From Synechococcus sp. (GTDB lineage: Bacteria; Cyanobacteriota; Cyanobacteriia; PCC-6307; Cyanobiaceae): a stretch of 64,000 nt of DNA. The stretch lies in the NCBI GenBank assembly GCA_047285535.1, contig JBJBDC010000001.1, forward strand, positions 2,944,136 through 3,008,135. Reading direction: 5' to 3'. Both the position numbers and the translations under genes were made by a program. Positions 1 to 11,183 of this stretch are shown one piece after another (within the stretch, counting starts at the first letter, position 1; each line of letters opens with the position of its first letter). Under the pieces are notes generated by a model. It was not told the origin of the DNA, searched no databases, and saw only the letters and a program-made list of their open reading frames with translations.

Positions 1-159
1 CGCTTGCATGTGACGGCGAATGTGCTTGCGGCGGTATTGTTTTTAACACAAGGTCTAACGGGCACACGCGATCTTCTTGAAATTCCACTGAGTTGGCAGA
101 AGTCCACGATCTATCAATGTGACTTCAATGCCAGGACATGTCCCTCTTTCCCAGATTAG
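1..159 (+). CDS. C-terminal fragment of a conserved cyanobacterial membrane protein (DUF4079-like), truncated by window edge
   Basis: Frame 1 reads RLHVTANVLAAVLFLTQGLTGTRDLLEIPLSWQKSTIYQCDFNARTCPSFPD*, stop TAG 157-159. Confidence 0.6.
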   Translation, partial: RLHVTANVLAAVLFLTQGLTGTRDLLEIPLSWQKSTIYQCDFNARTCPSFPD

Positions 160-439
160 TGCTGGGCAGCAACTTATTTCAATTTGAATGGTATTTTGAT
201 TAAGTAAAATTGTCTTTTAATTTTATCAATTAGCTGGTGATTGGAGAAGCGTATTGGGGCGATTCGCGGAATTGTTTATTAAATGGAAGGTTGGTGTCTG
301 CTTGGTAATAGTGTTCGCCTATGCATTGAAGAATTAATTGGACTTCGCAAAGAAAGGAAAACTAATTTGCTGGTTTACTTCTTGGGAGAGCTAATTAAAA
401 TGTAATGTGAAGCCTTGAATGTGTTTTGGCTTCATCTTT

Positions 440-685
440 TCAGAGGACTTGGACAACTTCGCTCACTTCTGGGATGCATTCCCTCAGTTTGCGTTCGATG
501 CCCATTTTCAAGGTCATCGTGCTGCTTGGGCAGCTTCCACAAGCTCCCTGTAAGCGTACTTTCACGATTGGACCGTCAATCTCTACAACTTCAACGTTTC
601 CTCCATCGGCCATCAAAAACGGGCGAAGTTCATCGAGCACCTTTTCCACGTTCTCGTTTGTGAGGGCCATGGTCTCAGTGCTCAT
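440..685 (-). CDS. nfuA: NifU-like/NfuA Fe-S cluster carrier
   Basis: [18 protein letters not shown]...[11 protein letters not shown] (CxxC) NifU C-terminal signature. Confidence 0.95.
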   Translation of the reverse strand: MSTETMALTNENVEKVLDELRPFLMADGGNVEVVEIDGPIVKVRLQGACGSCPSSTMTLKMGIERKLRECIPEVSEVVQVL

Positions 686-727
686 CGATCAAATATCAAC
701 TACCAACCACCTTAGACAATTATGTAA

Positions 728-2233
728 ATGCTCGGCCACTTAGCCTGTTCTGAGAGATCAATTTGCGCCTTGGATCGCTACGACGCTGTGCTCGTGGGTG
801 CTGGGATCATGAGTTCCACCTTGGCCACCCTGTTGCATGAGCTTGATCCAGACTTGCGTTTGTTGTGTATTGAACGTTTAGAAGCACCAGCGCTGGAAAG
901 CACCGCTGCCGTGAATAACGCTGGCACTGGTCACGCCGCTAACTGTGAGCTTAATTACACCCCTATTCAGGCTGATGGCACTGTCTCAACAGAGAAGCCG
1001 ATCGCCATCAATGCAAGTTTTGAGCGAAGCCTTGAGTTTTGGGCTTCGCTTCGTGAACGGGGGCGTTTAGACCCCCGTTTGTTCTTGCACCGTGTGCCTC
1101 ATATCAGTTTTGTGTGGGGTGAAGCTGATGTTGCTTATCTGCACCAGCGCTATGAGCAGTTCAAGGCTCTTCCTGCTTTCGCGGCCATGCAATGGAGCAG
1201 TGACTACGCCGAGCTGTCCGCCTGGATCCCGCTGGTGATGGCAGGGCGTGATCCCCAGTTGCCAGTGGCGGCGACCAAGGTTGAGCGAGGCACTGACATT
1301 GATTTTGGTGCTCTGTCACGTGCCCTTTTGGCTCCTCTTCAGGGATCAGGAGCCCTCGATGTGCTCTTCGGAACTTCGGTGTCAGACCTGAATCGATGTG
1401 CCGAGGGTTGGGAGGTGAGACTGCGTTGTCCTTCAAGTCGCCGAGTGGTATCAACACCTTTTGTTTTCCTCGGCGCTGGTGGTGGTGCGCTTCCCCTGCT
1501 GCAACGCTCCGGCATTCCAGAGGCTGGGAATTACGCCGGTTTTCCCGTCAGCGGGCAATGGCTGGTCTGCAGTGATCCAGTGTTGTCGCAACATCATTTT
1601 GCCAAGGTTTATGGCAGAGCAAAGGTGGGAGCTCCTCCCATGTCGGTGCCCCATCTCGACACGCGTTGGATTGATGGTCGTCGTTCTTTGCTGTTTGGAC
1701 CCTATGCAGGATTCAGCAGCAAGTTTTTGAAGCAAGGATCAATCTTGGATCTGCCTCGATCGGTGCGCTCTACCAATGTGTTGCCGATGCTGCAAGTGGG
1801 TGTGAATAACATTCCTTTGGTGCGGTATCTCATTAATCAACTGCGCCAGAGCGATTCGGATCGGATTGAGGCTTTAAAAGCTTTTCTGCCAGCAGCTCGC
1901 GATCAGGATTGGACGTTGTCTGTAGCTGGTCAGCGGGTTCAGATCATTAAACGGACGTCAAAAGGTGGCCGTTTGCAGCTTGGTACCGAAGTGGTGGCAG
2001 CAGCTGATGGTTCTTTGGCGGCACTGCTTGGAGCCTCTCCTGGCGCAAGCACTTCAGTCACGATCATGCTGGAAGTGTTGCAACGCTGCTTCTCTGCACG
2101 TTTGGCCACAGAGGCATGGCAGCAGAGATTGCAAGCTTTATTGCCGAGTTATGGTCAAGACCTCAGCCTTGACGCGGAGCTTCTTCATCGCAGTCGTGAA
2201 CGCAGTGATGCTCTTTTGGAACTTGGGGTTTAA
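728..2233 (+). CDS. mqo: Malate:quinone oxidoreductase
   Basis: GAGIMS FAD motif, [40 protein letters not shown]. Confidence 0.95.
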   Translation: MLGHLACSERSICALDRYDAVLVGAGIMSSTLATLLHELDPDLRLLCIERLEAPALESTAAVNNAGTGHAANCELNYTPIQADGTVSTEKPIAINASFERSLEFWASLRERGRLDPRLFLHRVPHISFVWGEADVAYLHQRYEQFKALPAFAAMQWSSDYAELSAWIPLVMAGRDPQLPVAATKVERGTDIDFGALSRALLAPLQGSGALDVLFGTSVSDLNRCAEGWEVRLRCPSSRRVVSTPFVFLGAGGGALPLLQRSGIPEAGNYAGFPVSGQWLVCSDPVLSQHHFAKVYGRAKVGAPPMSVPHLDTRWIDGRRSLLFGPYAGFSSKFLKQGSILDLPRSVRSTNVLPMLQVGVNNIPLVRYLINQLRQSDSDRIEALKAFLPAARDQDWTLSVAGQRVQIIKRTSKGGRLQLGTEVVAAADGSLAALLGASPGASTSVTIMLEVLQRCFSARLATEAWQQRLQALLPSYGQDLSLDAELLHRSRERSDALLELGV

Positions 2234-2671
2234 GGGGATCCAGATCAGCCGCCTTGAGATGGGCCTCTTCAAATTCAAGACCATGAATCCTGCTGGAATC
2301 AAGGCCATTTCAAAGCTTTGGCCTGGAGTCAGGACCTAGGCCAAAGCAATCGTTTCAATCAGACCAAGCGCCTGAATTCCGATCCATCTCGAGATGGCGT
2401 TGGTTATGGCGACGGGATGTTCTGCTCAACACTTTGCGAGAGCTTCATCGAGAGCATCGATGCGGCATAGGTCCCGAATACAACGAGAGTCGAATGGACC
2501 TGGTCAATTCTTGCGACGGTTGAGCTAGGAGGTTCCAATCACGTCTGAACTGATCGTCAGCCATCAAAGGATTCAGGATTTGGGACCAGCGATGTTTCTA
2601 AGGGGCTTGTGGTGGCTCCTTAGGATCGTTGTACTGCTTTCAGAAGCCCTAGCCGGGATTGAGCCAACCGC

Positions 2672-4486
2672 ATGACTGACGCTCCCGTCAAAAGGATTCG
2701 CAACTTCTGCATCATTGCCCATATCGATCATGGCAAGTCGACCTTGGCTGATCGGTTGTTGCAAGACACCGGAACGGTGGCTAACCGCGACATGCAAGAG
2801 CAGTTTCTTGACAATATGGAGTTGGAGAGGGAACGCGGGATCACGATCAAGCTCCAAGCCGCTCGCATGCTTTACCAGGCAGTGGATGGAGAGGAGTACG
2901 TCCTTAATTTGATTGATACTCCTGGGCATGTGGATTTTTCCTACGAGGTGAGTCGCAGTCTCCAGGCTTGTGAAGGGGCACTGCTTGTGGTGGATGCAAG
3001 CCAGGGCGTAGAGGCTCAGACGTTGGCCAATGTGTATATGGCGCTGGACAATGATCTGGAGATCATTCCTGTGCTCAACAAGATTGATTTGCCCGGCGCG
3101 GATCCCGATCGCATCACAGAAGAGATCGAGGCGATCATTGGTTTGGATTGTTCCAATGCAATCCCCTGCTCTGCCAAAACAGGTCTGGGTGTCCCTGAAA
3201 TTCTTCAAGCTGTGGTTGATCGTGTGCCACCCCCTGCTGATGCGGTGAAGGAATCCACCAAGGCACTGATTTTTGATTCCTATTACGACCCCTACCGAGG
3301 GGTGATTGTGTATTTCCGGGTGATGAGCGGAAGCATTAGCCGCAAAGACAAGGTGTTGTTGATGGCGAGCAATAAAACCTATGAGCTTGATGAAGTGGGG
3401 ATCATGGCTCCGGATGAGAAGAAGGTGGACGAGCTCCATGCCGGCGAGGTGGGGTATCTAGCGGCTTCCATCAAGGCGGTCGCTGATGCGCGGGTGGGGG
3501 ACACCATCACGTTGGTGAATGAGCCAGCTGATGCACCACTTCCTGGTTATTCCGAAGCCAAACCGATGGTGTTTTGTGGTTTGTTTCCTACCGAAGCGGA
3601 TCAATATCCTGATTTACGTGAGGCACTCCATAAATTGCAGCTTTCCGATGCGGCGCTTCAATTTGAACCTGAAACCAGTAGTGCAATGGGTTTTGGTTTC
3701 CGTTGTGGATTTCTTGGTCTTCTGCACATGGAAATTGTGCAAGAGCGCTTGGAGCGTGAATATAACCTTGATCTAATTGTTACTGCTCCATCGGTAATTT
3801 ATACCGTCAATTTAATTGATGGAGAGCAGGTCATGATTGATAACCCTGCCACTCTTCCAGATCCACAGAAGCGTGAGTCAATCGAAGAGCCCTATGTACG
3901 TATGGAGATTTATGCACCTAATGATTTTAATGGAGCGCTAATGGGTTTGTGTCAGGAGCGCCGTGGTGACTATCTCGATATGAAGTACATCACCAAAGAA
4001 AGAGTGACTCTGATTTACGAATTGCCCTTGGCCGAAGTCGTTACAGACTTTTTTGACCAAATGAAAACTCGCACCCAGGGTTATGCCTCTATGGAATATC
4101 ACTTAATTGGGTATCGAAAGAACGAACTTGTGCGCCTTGATGTCCTAATTAATGGGGAAAGAGCTGATCCACTCACGACTATTGTTCACCGCGATAAAGC
4201 CTATACTGTGGGTAAAGGTTTGGTTGAGAAGCTCAAAGAATTAATCCCACGTCAACAATTCAAAATTCCTTTACAGGCTTCCATTGGTAGCCGAATCATT
4301 GCCAGTACGAGCATCAGTGCTATTCGTAAGGATGTGCTTGCTAAGTGCTACGGCGGCGATATCTCCCGTAAGAAAAAACTTCTGAAGAAGCAGGCCAAGG
4401 GCAAAAAACGCATGAAGGCGATGGGCAAGGTGGATGTGCCTCAGGAGGCTTTCATGGCGGTTTTAAAGTTAAATCAAACTCCTTAA
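2672..4486 (+). CDS. lepA: Translation elongation factor 4 (LepA)
   Basis: [29 protein letters not shown]-terminal [14 protein letters not shown]. Confidence 0.99.
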   Translation: MTDAPVKRIRNFCIIAHIDHGKSTLADRLLQDTGTVANRDMQEQFLDNMELERERGITIKLQAARMLYQAVDGEEYVLNLIDTPGHVDFSYEVSRSLQACEGALLVVDASQGVEAQTLANVYMALDNDLEIIPVLNKIDLPGADPDRITEEIEAIIGLDCSNAIPCSAKTGLGVPEILQAVVDRVPPPADAVKESTKALIFDSYYDPYRGVIVYFRVMSGSISRKDKVLLMASNKTYELDEVGIMAPDEKKVDELHAGEVGYLAASIKAVADARVGDTITLVNEPADAPLPGYSEAKPMVFCGLFPTEADQYPDLREALHKLQLSDAALQFEPETSSAMGFGFRCGFLGLLHMEIVQERLEREYNLDLIVTAPSVIYTVNLIDGEQVMIDNPATLPDPQKRESIEEPYVRMEIYAPNDFNGALMGLCQERRGDYLDMKYITKERVTLIYELPLAEVVTDFFDQMKTRTQGYASMEYHLIGYRKNELVRLDVLINGERADPLTTIVHRDKAYTVGKGLVEKLKELIPRQQFKIPLQASIGSRIIASTSISAIRKDVLAKCYGGDISRKKKLLKKQAKGKKRMKAMGKVDVPQEAFMAVLKLNQTP

Positions 4487-5182
4487 ATCGATTGCTTTTG
4501 AGTGACGATGGCGTGAATTTTGTTAATCATGAGATGCTTGTATGTGTGGAGAGTGGCTAGCTGATTCATCCAAGCAGAATCAAGCCCAGGAATCATTTTG
4601 ATAATGGTAATTTTTTGACTGCGTTACTTATTGCTGGCGACATCATGATCAACGGTCGGTGGATCAAAAACTGATCATTATTGACTCATTTGTTTGCTAT
4701 GATTCTGTCAATATCTAATTGTTTGGTGATATGTCGATAGTTGTTTTTCAGCGATAGTGAAGAGGTCAAAGAGGGCTTGTTTGCAGAAGTCTTGATTCCA
4801 TGAAAATGATGTCTAGACTCAATGTTGTGGGAACTGGTGACGCTTCGGGGCCAGTAATTCGTCTGTGCGTGGCTCTATGGCATGATTTAAGACGATCATT
4901 CGTCTATGAATTGTCAGCTTCGTTGCTTGCTTGAGTACATCTAAAAACAATGACAGATAGATTTGAGATTTTGAATCACTAAAGAGTTAGTCTCTGCCTG
5001 AAAGCTATTGTACTCATTCGACATAGCTTTATGAGTGGAAACGTGGTCGTGTCATTGACTACAAAATCGGAAATATTCAATGACGAATGATGAAATGTTG
5101 AGAAATACAGATTAGCAACGATCGATACAGATGCATGTCTATTCAAAGCTATTGAGTACTAGGGCGTTCACAAGGTAGTCCA

Positions 5183-5356
5183 ATGCCCTTTCATCTTTAC
5201 CCATTGAGCGAACTTGAAGCTGCAGAATACATGAGGTTTTATGGATCAGAGAAAGAAGGGCTTAAGAAGGAATTCATCACTGGTGCGGAATCCTCAATAG
5301 GGGAAACAAACCGATTTGCTTGGGATCTCAATAGGCGCATACCAGAGATGAGCTAA
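5183..5356 (+). CDS. Small hypothetical protein (57 aa)
   Basis: ATG 5183 to TAA 5356, MPFHLYPLSELEAAEYMRFYGSEKEGLKKEF...; ends tail-to-tail with the next gene. Confidence 0.35.
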   Translation: MPFHLYPLSELEAAEYMRFYGSEKEGLKKEFITGAESSIGETNRFAWDLNRRIPEMS

Positions 5357-5847
5357 ACAATGCGCTCCTCTGAACCACCGCTTAAAAAGCCCCTGTTTGA
5401 TAGCTCATACATGGTTTGATGAATGCTCTCTGACTCCATCACAAACCAATCGATATATCTGGGCTGTTTCACTTTTTTAATGCCTAAGTCATAGATTTTA
5501 TATTCAAGAGTAATGAATTCTTTCCCTGCAGTTTTGTATCCAAGTTCTAACAAAACTTTTCCATTTTCGGCTGGAAGATGTATCTCCGCATGGTTTTGAT
5601 TTGTAGTCGTTTCTATGATCAGCGAAGCACTCGTTCGATCGCCAGATATATCTCTTATCCGTAAAAATAAAGCGGAGCCAAAATCTCTGTCTATCAGAGT
5701 CTTTGTACTGTGCCGAAGCTTCCAGTTGCACTGAATCGTGCCAGGGGAAAGACTGCATTCAAAGCTAGACATGTCTTGCCCGCGGAGCCTAGAAAGAGAG
5801 TTCATTAGGGATAGACTCAGACCTGAGAGCAACCGTTTCATTTCCAA
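5353..5847 (-). CDS. DUF4912-like hypothetical protein
   Basis: LFLRIRDIS...IHLPAENGKVLLELGY pattern resembles DUF4912; C-terminal GGSE. Confidence 0.55.
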   Translation of the reverse strand: MEMKRLLSGLSLSLMNSLSRLRGQDMSSFECSLSPGTIQCNWKLRHSTKTLIDRDFGSALFLRIRDISGDRTSASLIIETTTNQNHAEIHLPAENGKVLLELGYKTAGKEFITLEYKIYDLGIKKVKQPRYIDWFVMESESIHQTMYELSNRGFLSGGSEERIV

Positions 5848-6211
5848 CCAGACTCGCGGACCCGTATTCTTAGGACATCCAATGCGTCCTTACATGCGTT
5901 CGTTTAATACCTTAATGCGTGTCATTCACGATACATTTTTCTTTCAATTCAGACCAAGAAAACATCACGTATCCAGACGTGTATTGAAGGCCTTTGAAGC
6001 TGATTTGTAAATGTTTAAAGGGGAGATCAATGGCGACACTTATCTCTTCTACTCATTCATTGAAGCTTCCACTCCTACGACTGAAAATCAACAAAGTGTG
6101 TTCGTTGACGCTGAAAGCCACTGTTAAGTATTTATACTTGCTGTTTTTGTCGTCTTTCATGCAATCAAAACAATGAAATTTAGTTTGAATTGAAGTTGAT
6201 TTGATCATACG

Positions 6212-6490
6212 ATGTCTTTCTACTCTTCCGATCCTTATCATCGCGCTTTAGATCTGTTTACTGAATCAGTCATCAAGCCGGATCATGAGCTGCGAGCCAA
6301 TGCAGCCTATGGTGATTGTTATCCCGAACTGATGGAGATACGTCAACACTGCCTTACATACTTACAAACGCTGAAAGAAATTCATCAAATTGAGTTTTCA
6401 GACGAAAGTGATGAAATTGAGGCTAGCAAGATTTCAAGCGCTAAAATGGCATCAAGGCGAATGGCCTTCTCTCATGATGAAATGATGTAA
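6212..6490 (+). CDS. Conserved picocyanobacterial hypothetical protein
   Basis: Well-formed 92-aa ORF, RALDLFTESVIKPDHELR...CYPELMEIRQHCL. Confidence 0.7.
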   Translation: MSFYSSDPYHRALDLFTESVIKPDHELRANAAYGDCYPELMEIRQHCLTYLQTLKEIHQIEFSDESDEIEASKISSAKMASRRMAFSHDEMM

Positions 6491-8387
6491 TCAAAAACAT
6501 CCTATATGCTGCCGAGCCTGTATAGATTTGGCGAGGAGATCGATTGCATGGATTTGCTGAAATAATGTATGATCTTGGAGTGTAATCAGTGGCTACACGT
6601 TCGAGACAAAGCAACAGGAATACAGCGCAGATTGCAAGCGAAGTGATGAATTCAAACTGCTTCTTCAATTGAATTTATCTGCGCGGAGCTTGGTATTTTT
6701 AAATCCCAACTCGCTTCGGATAAGAAACATAGAAATGCTTATCAAGTCAATCGTGGCAGTTCAGTCTAATAGCGTGATTGCAATATTGAAAGTATTCATT
6801 GAACATATCCCCTCTGGAAAACTTCTTCGAAACGCTAATGTCATTAATAAGTTCACTAGTATTCAATTAAATCAATTTTTTGAATATTAAAGTGGCTCTC
6901 CGTCTGATTGTTATTCGCTGACTTCAGCTCCAAGCATTGCCTTGGAAACCAATAGAGGCAAAGTCTTCTTGAGTCATAAAATCCATAGCAATAGAATTGA
7001 TCGTTGTAAGAGGGTGGCTAGGGCTCTCAAGCAAACCATTGCAAGCCGGAAACCTCTCTTGTGTCAATATAATTTTGATAGGTGTAAGTACTATCAATAG
7101 AGCCTGTTGAAGGGTGATGTATTTACTGTTTATCAAATGGATGATGATAACAAAGTCCTGCCTCAAAGTTTTTACGTGCTTGCCACAACCTAGATTCAAT
7201 TGTGACGATGCTGTGCTGCGCTACAGACCAGTTTTGCTATTCAGAGATACAAAGTTCTGATGACTTAACTTGAGTCTTGTTTTGATAGTTCTTGCCTTCA
7301 CGAGAATTACTTAGATCTCAAAAGCAATACAATCGTATTTCTTTTCGTCTTAACTGTTAGGATTGCTGCTTCTCTTGTATAGACCTAGATCGAAAAATGT
7401 AATTTCATGGCGCGGATATAGAGTGTGTTGGATGTGCGTGAAGAGTTCTTTTCTCGTCCAATTGATAACGCTGGAGAAAGTAAACCTGGCGAGCTTCGTT
7501 TGTTTTAGCTTCGATTTCTAGAGCCAAGTCCATAAGTTGGCCATTCTGGTTTCGGAAGCGGGATGAAACTTTGCGATTCATTGGAATTGCCTTTGATTTC
7601 CAAAAAAAACTAAAATGAACGAAGACACATCCTTGCTAACGCTTAATATAACTTGTGGTTGGTGTTTAGTTGTGTAAATTCCGTAGTCTGTGCTACTGGT
7701 TTGTTGCGGTTATTTGTATTCAAGGGATACTTTTTTCGTGTAGAAGACTCTTGCTTTCAGTGCCGGTATGAGTTCTGGGTGCGCAAAATCATAGATACTC
7801 CCATTGCTCATGGTGTTGGGTATTTGATCTTTCGCGGGGCATGAGAGTTCCGGCAAACTCGGCGAGGCCTGAGAGGTAGGAGATCCCAACTCTTGCCACA
7901 GCAATCAACATGACAGGTGCATGCTTCATGACAGTGAGTCACTAAATAGGATTTTTGATCAGTTATGCAATCAGTATTCAGTGTCAACTCAGCTCATGAT
8001 TTGAATGAATTGACTGAGTATTGCCTCATTGGTGTTTGGATGTTGGTGTCAGCTTGTCAAAAACAACGATCCCTCCCCATTGTCTAAGAGTGCACTCTGC
8101 AAAAAAAACAATTCATCGATGATATGGGTAGAACAGACCCATTAGCCTTCTGAGCTGGCGAGAGAACCGATTCATTAGGAGCCTGGGATATGCACTGATG
8201 ACTTTCGGTTGGTTTCATGACGGGTTTAAATGGGATTCTCGTGTTAGGAGTGTCACTTGCTTTGGACGCGGATGGTTGTACTGCAGTCGATGCCGCTAAT
8301 AAAAAAGGCCGGTCCCCTTGCCCAGCCTTGCTTGAAACTATTCCCGAAGGGTTCTACTGATTGAGTAAAAAGTCGAGAGGCTGTTGT

Positions 8388-9650
8388 TCATGGCTTGGGG
8401 TAACACCATCCATCATCGGTGATTTCGTATTTTTTCTCCAGGTCTAATTTTTCTGTAAAGATATACATAAAGTAGTCGCTACTGTTTTCACGCTTTACGC
8501 ATTTTGCGAAAAGGATCGGCTTTTGGTTAAAGCATTTTTTGTCCCTATAGAAATCAATCTGGGTAATCATATGCTTTTTGATTTGATCCTCATTGGTGCA
8601 TTTGAATAGTTCTTCAGTTGTATTGAAGTCGGGTGGAAGAACAAAGATTAATGCATCAACGTAATTGGGATCATTGGCGATGGCAGAAACGATTGGTACT
8701 TCGTTCCAGCCCCAATATGTTTTTACGTCAGGATTTCTGCTCCACTCGGCTCTTCTTTCCCAAAGACGATTTTGTATTGCGATCATGTCATGGGGATTGT
8801 TCACCCATCCAATAGTGTCGGCCTTGAAATCCCAATGAGCACATGAATCTTCTCCTTTCCAGTCAAAGTTATTTGCTGCTGTAATGAATTGATCGACATA
8901 GTTGTCCCAGTCGTGATCGCCTTTGAGGTCATAATTAATCCCCCAGAAGTATCCTAGGTAGCTGTTTTGATCTAAGAATTTATATTCCTTCGTAAATTCT
9001 TGGAAATGATCATCAGCATGAAGACCAGTTCCTCCTCCATTGTGTGGCCCTCCTGTTAAAGGGTTGCCCATATGTAAATTCATACTTGAGTCTTTGAATT
9101 CAGCAGGAGGGCATGGACCTGCTGTCCAAAGTCCATCAGCACCTTGAGTCCAATTAAATTGAGGAACTGAGCGCTTATCTGAGTTTCCATCATGCGGGTA
9201 AAACACACCGCATCCATAGATGGTTTCATTCGTTTTAGTATTGATGTCATACATATGGTAATAATATTCTTTTGGATAGCCATTAGCTGTCGGGAAAAAT
9301 CCGTTGTCTAAGATGTTTGCATACACAGCAACAAGAGTAGGAACTTGCCACGCGGTCCCATCTGCACCACCCCAGTCATCATTGGAACAATCCAAACCAT
9401 TTCGTAAGAATGGATAACACTGATTGGCAGCAGTTATATTCCGTTGCCACATTGTTGCTATTGATATTTGGTGTCCCGGATCGATTCCGTCATCCCAATT
9501 TCTAATGATCACTCCGGGCCAATAGGGGTTTGAATCGACATTCGTGTCTGGTTTAACCGGTTTATAGTCAAAAGCCTTATTGAGTAGATCGCAAAACTTT
9601 CTGGGGGAGCTTGTGGTGGTTTGTGGACTTGCCATCGTGCTGATAGTCAT
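8388..9650 (-). CDS. 420-aa hypothetical protein, W/D/N/G-rich; possible ADP-ribosyltransferase-like fold
   Basis: Long uninterrupted ORF with AGGAG upstream; motifs GVIIRNWD, FYPHDGNS, YWGWNEVP. Confidence 0.8.
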   Translation of the reverse strand: MTISTMASPQTTTSSPRKFCDLLNKAFDYKPVKPDTNVDSNPYWPGVIIRNWDDGIDPGHQISIATMWQRNITAANQCYPFLRNGLDCSNDDWGGADGTAWQVPTLVAVYANILDNGFFPTANGYPKEYYYHMYDINTKTNETIYGCGVFYPHDGNSDKRSVPQFNWTQGADGLWTAGPCPPAEFKDSSMNLHMGNPLTGGPHNGGGTGLHADDHFQEFTKEYKFLDQNSYLGYFWGINYDLKGDHDWDNYVDQFITAANNFDWKGEDSCAHWDFKADTIGWVNNPHDMIAIQNRLWERRAEWSRNPDVKTYWGWNEVPIVSAIANDPNYVDALIFVLPPDFNTTEELFKCTNEDQIKKHMITQIDFYRDKKCFNQKPILFAKCVKRENSSDYFMYIFTEKLDLEKKYEITDDGWCYPKP

Positions 9651-9730
9651 GGGTTTCTCCTGTAGAGATCTAATGAATGTGAGCTTTTGAATGGAATGAA
9701 GCTTGATGGGTAGCTAACCCTGTGGATTGA

Positions 9731-9904
9731 TCACCCACCGCAACGACAATCACAAGTTTCTATGCCATGTCCTGGCCCTTGATTGAAGTGACCACTGGCG
9801 CAAGCTTCAGAGCAGAAGCGCTTGATGCCACGCTCTGCTGCTTTGGCTTCAGCCCCATTGCATGAGCAAAGCGGCCATTCGCACCTCACAAGAATTGCTG
9901 TCAT
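9731..9904 (-). CDS. bmtA: Bacterial metallothionein (SmtA/BmtA family), atypical ligand set
   Basis: MTAILVRCEWPLCSCNGAEAKAAERGIKRFCSEACASGHFNQGPGHGIETCDCRCGG; FCSEACASGH matches SmtA YCSEACADGH. Confidence 0.85.
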   Translation of the reverse strand: MTAILVRCEWPLCSCNGAEAKAAERGIKRFCSEACASGHFNQGPGHGIETCDCRCGG

Positions 9905-9932
9905 GGGAGTCTCCGAAAAAGACCCCTTCGGT

Positions 9933-10115
9933 CTATGCCTGCTGCCTGATGCCTGGAAGCTGGGACAGCCGTCCTTCAAGGTACGGTTTCAGGACTTGTT
10001 CTGATGTGTCTTGCAGAGGAGCATGTTCTCCTGCTGATCCGCCGGGGTTTTCTAGAAAGGTTGTCTCTTCGTCGATGAATGACGCGGGAAATGGCACTGC
10101 TTGGCCTATCACCAC
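9933..10115 (-). CDS. Small hypothetical protein upstream of the metallothionein
   Basis: 60-aa ORF co-oriented with bmtA, 28 nt gap. Confidence 0.4.
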   Translation of the reverse strand: MVIGQAVPFPASFIDEETTFLENPGGSAGEHAPLQDTSEQVLKPYLEGRLSQLPGIRQQA

Positions 10116-10186
10116 TAGATGCTGTCGTGGTATGCGGCTACCAACATCTGTTGCACATTAGGGATCAAGTTGAAGCAATGCCCGTT

Positions 10187-10209
10187 ATCAAAATGAGAAT
10201 ATCCTTGAC
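10187..10209. promoter_or_regulatory. Possible Zur/Fur-type operator
   Basis: ATCAAAATGAGAATATCCTTGAC, imperfect dyad with an AATGAGAAT half-site, upstream of the metallothionein unit. Confidence 0.3.
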
Positions 10210-10241
10210 GCTTGCAAATTAAAAACATCTTGATCGATCGT

Positions 10242-10445
10242 TTAGGAGGAGAGTCCAAGGCATTGGACTCTCCTTTGAATGAATGGCCTTAGGTGACAAA
10301 CATTCAATTGAAGTGTGTTTCCCCTGAGTCTGAACAACTGAGAGATAAGAACTAATTTCGCTATGAGGACACACTCAATCCATGAGGAACAAAACCACTC
10401 GTCTTGTCGTCCATCGCGATGCGATCGGTCTGACGCTGATGTCAT
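10242..10445 (-). pseudogene. Probable frameshifted small hypothetical gene
   Basis: MTSASDRSHRDGRQDEWF continues more plausibly in a shifted frame (MD*VCPHSEISSYLSVVQTQGKHTSIECLSP...) that has an internal stop. Confidence 0.3.
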
Positions 10446-11183
10446 GGCATGACGACCCAGGAAAGAGGAGGTGAGATCGCCTGATGCGAGAATAAAAAAT
10501 CTGGAACAGAAGGCAAGATCATCTTCGCGAGATAAGCTTCGATCGGGCAAGCCTGGCAAGATTCCCAGCTACGTAAAGCAATTTAAAGAAGTTTCAATCA
10601 AGGGTCTGCAGTTCTAAGGTTGTGCTTGACAGATAACCGTCGCACTTTTAGGTTTAAAAGGTAGTTTGCTATGGTTTAATCAGGTCATCAGTCAGCAGAT
10701 CTCTTTTGAGGGCTTGAATTCCCTGCGCTGAGGAAGCAGAACTTTTAAGCTCTTAAGATTTGCTATTCATCACTTTCAACCTGCAATTCATGCTCAGCAT
10801 TGATTACGGGAATCCAGCTGAAAATTGCTAGATGCTTAGGTCCCTAGTGCTGATTTTGTCGGCTTGAAAATTGACCGCTCAAGTTTGTCTTCGGACTGCT
10901 CTTCTTGCGTAGATGCATTTTCCTTTTTCATGCATGAATATTGTTGAATCCAAAATTTCAATTCAACAATTATATGGATGAAGAATGGCCTTAAGCGTCA
11001 CACTTTTTAAGGAAAAAGAGTTCTACGGTATGGATTTGAGCTTAAGTAGGCATCAATCTTGAGGCTCTTTTGACTGGCCTTCAGAGTCTTTACCGGTGAT
11101 CAGTGGATTGCTGGGATGCAATAAGAAAAGCATTCTATTGCAAATTCATTTTTCAAGGTTCCTGTTTCTCTCGCAAGAGATTT

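Noticed and set aside
2234..2520. Possible minus-strand pseudogene between mqo and lepA (LCRIDALDEALAKC*AEHP...)
   Set aside because: Several stops and no family I can assign with confidence
2573..3439. 288-aa antisense ORF
   Set aside because: Shadow of lepA on the opposite strand
7841..7905. GGCAAAC...GGCCTGA...TTGCC segment resembling a c-di-GMP-I riboswitch
   Set aside because: It lacks the GNRA-capped P2 stem and GACGCAAA core, and no co-oriented gene follows
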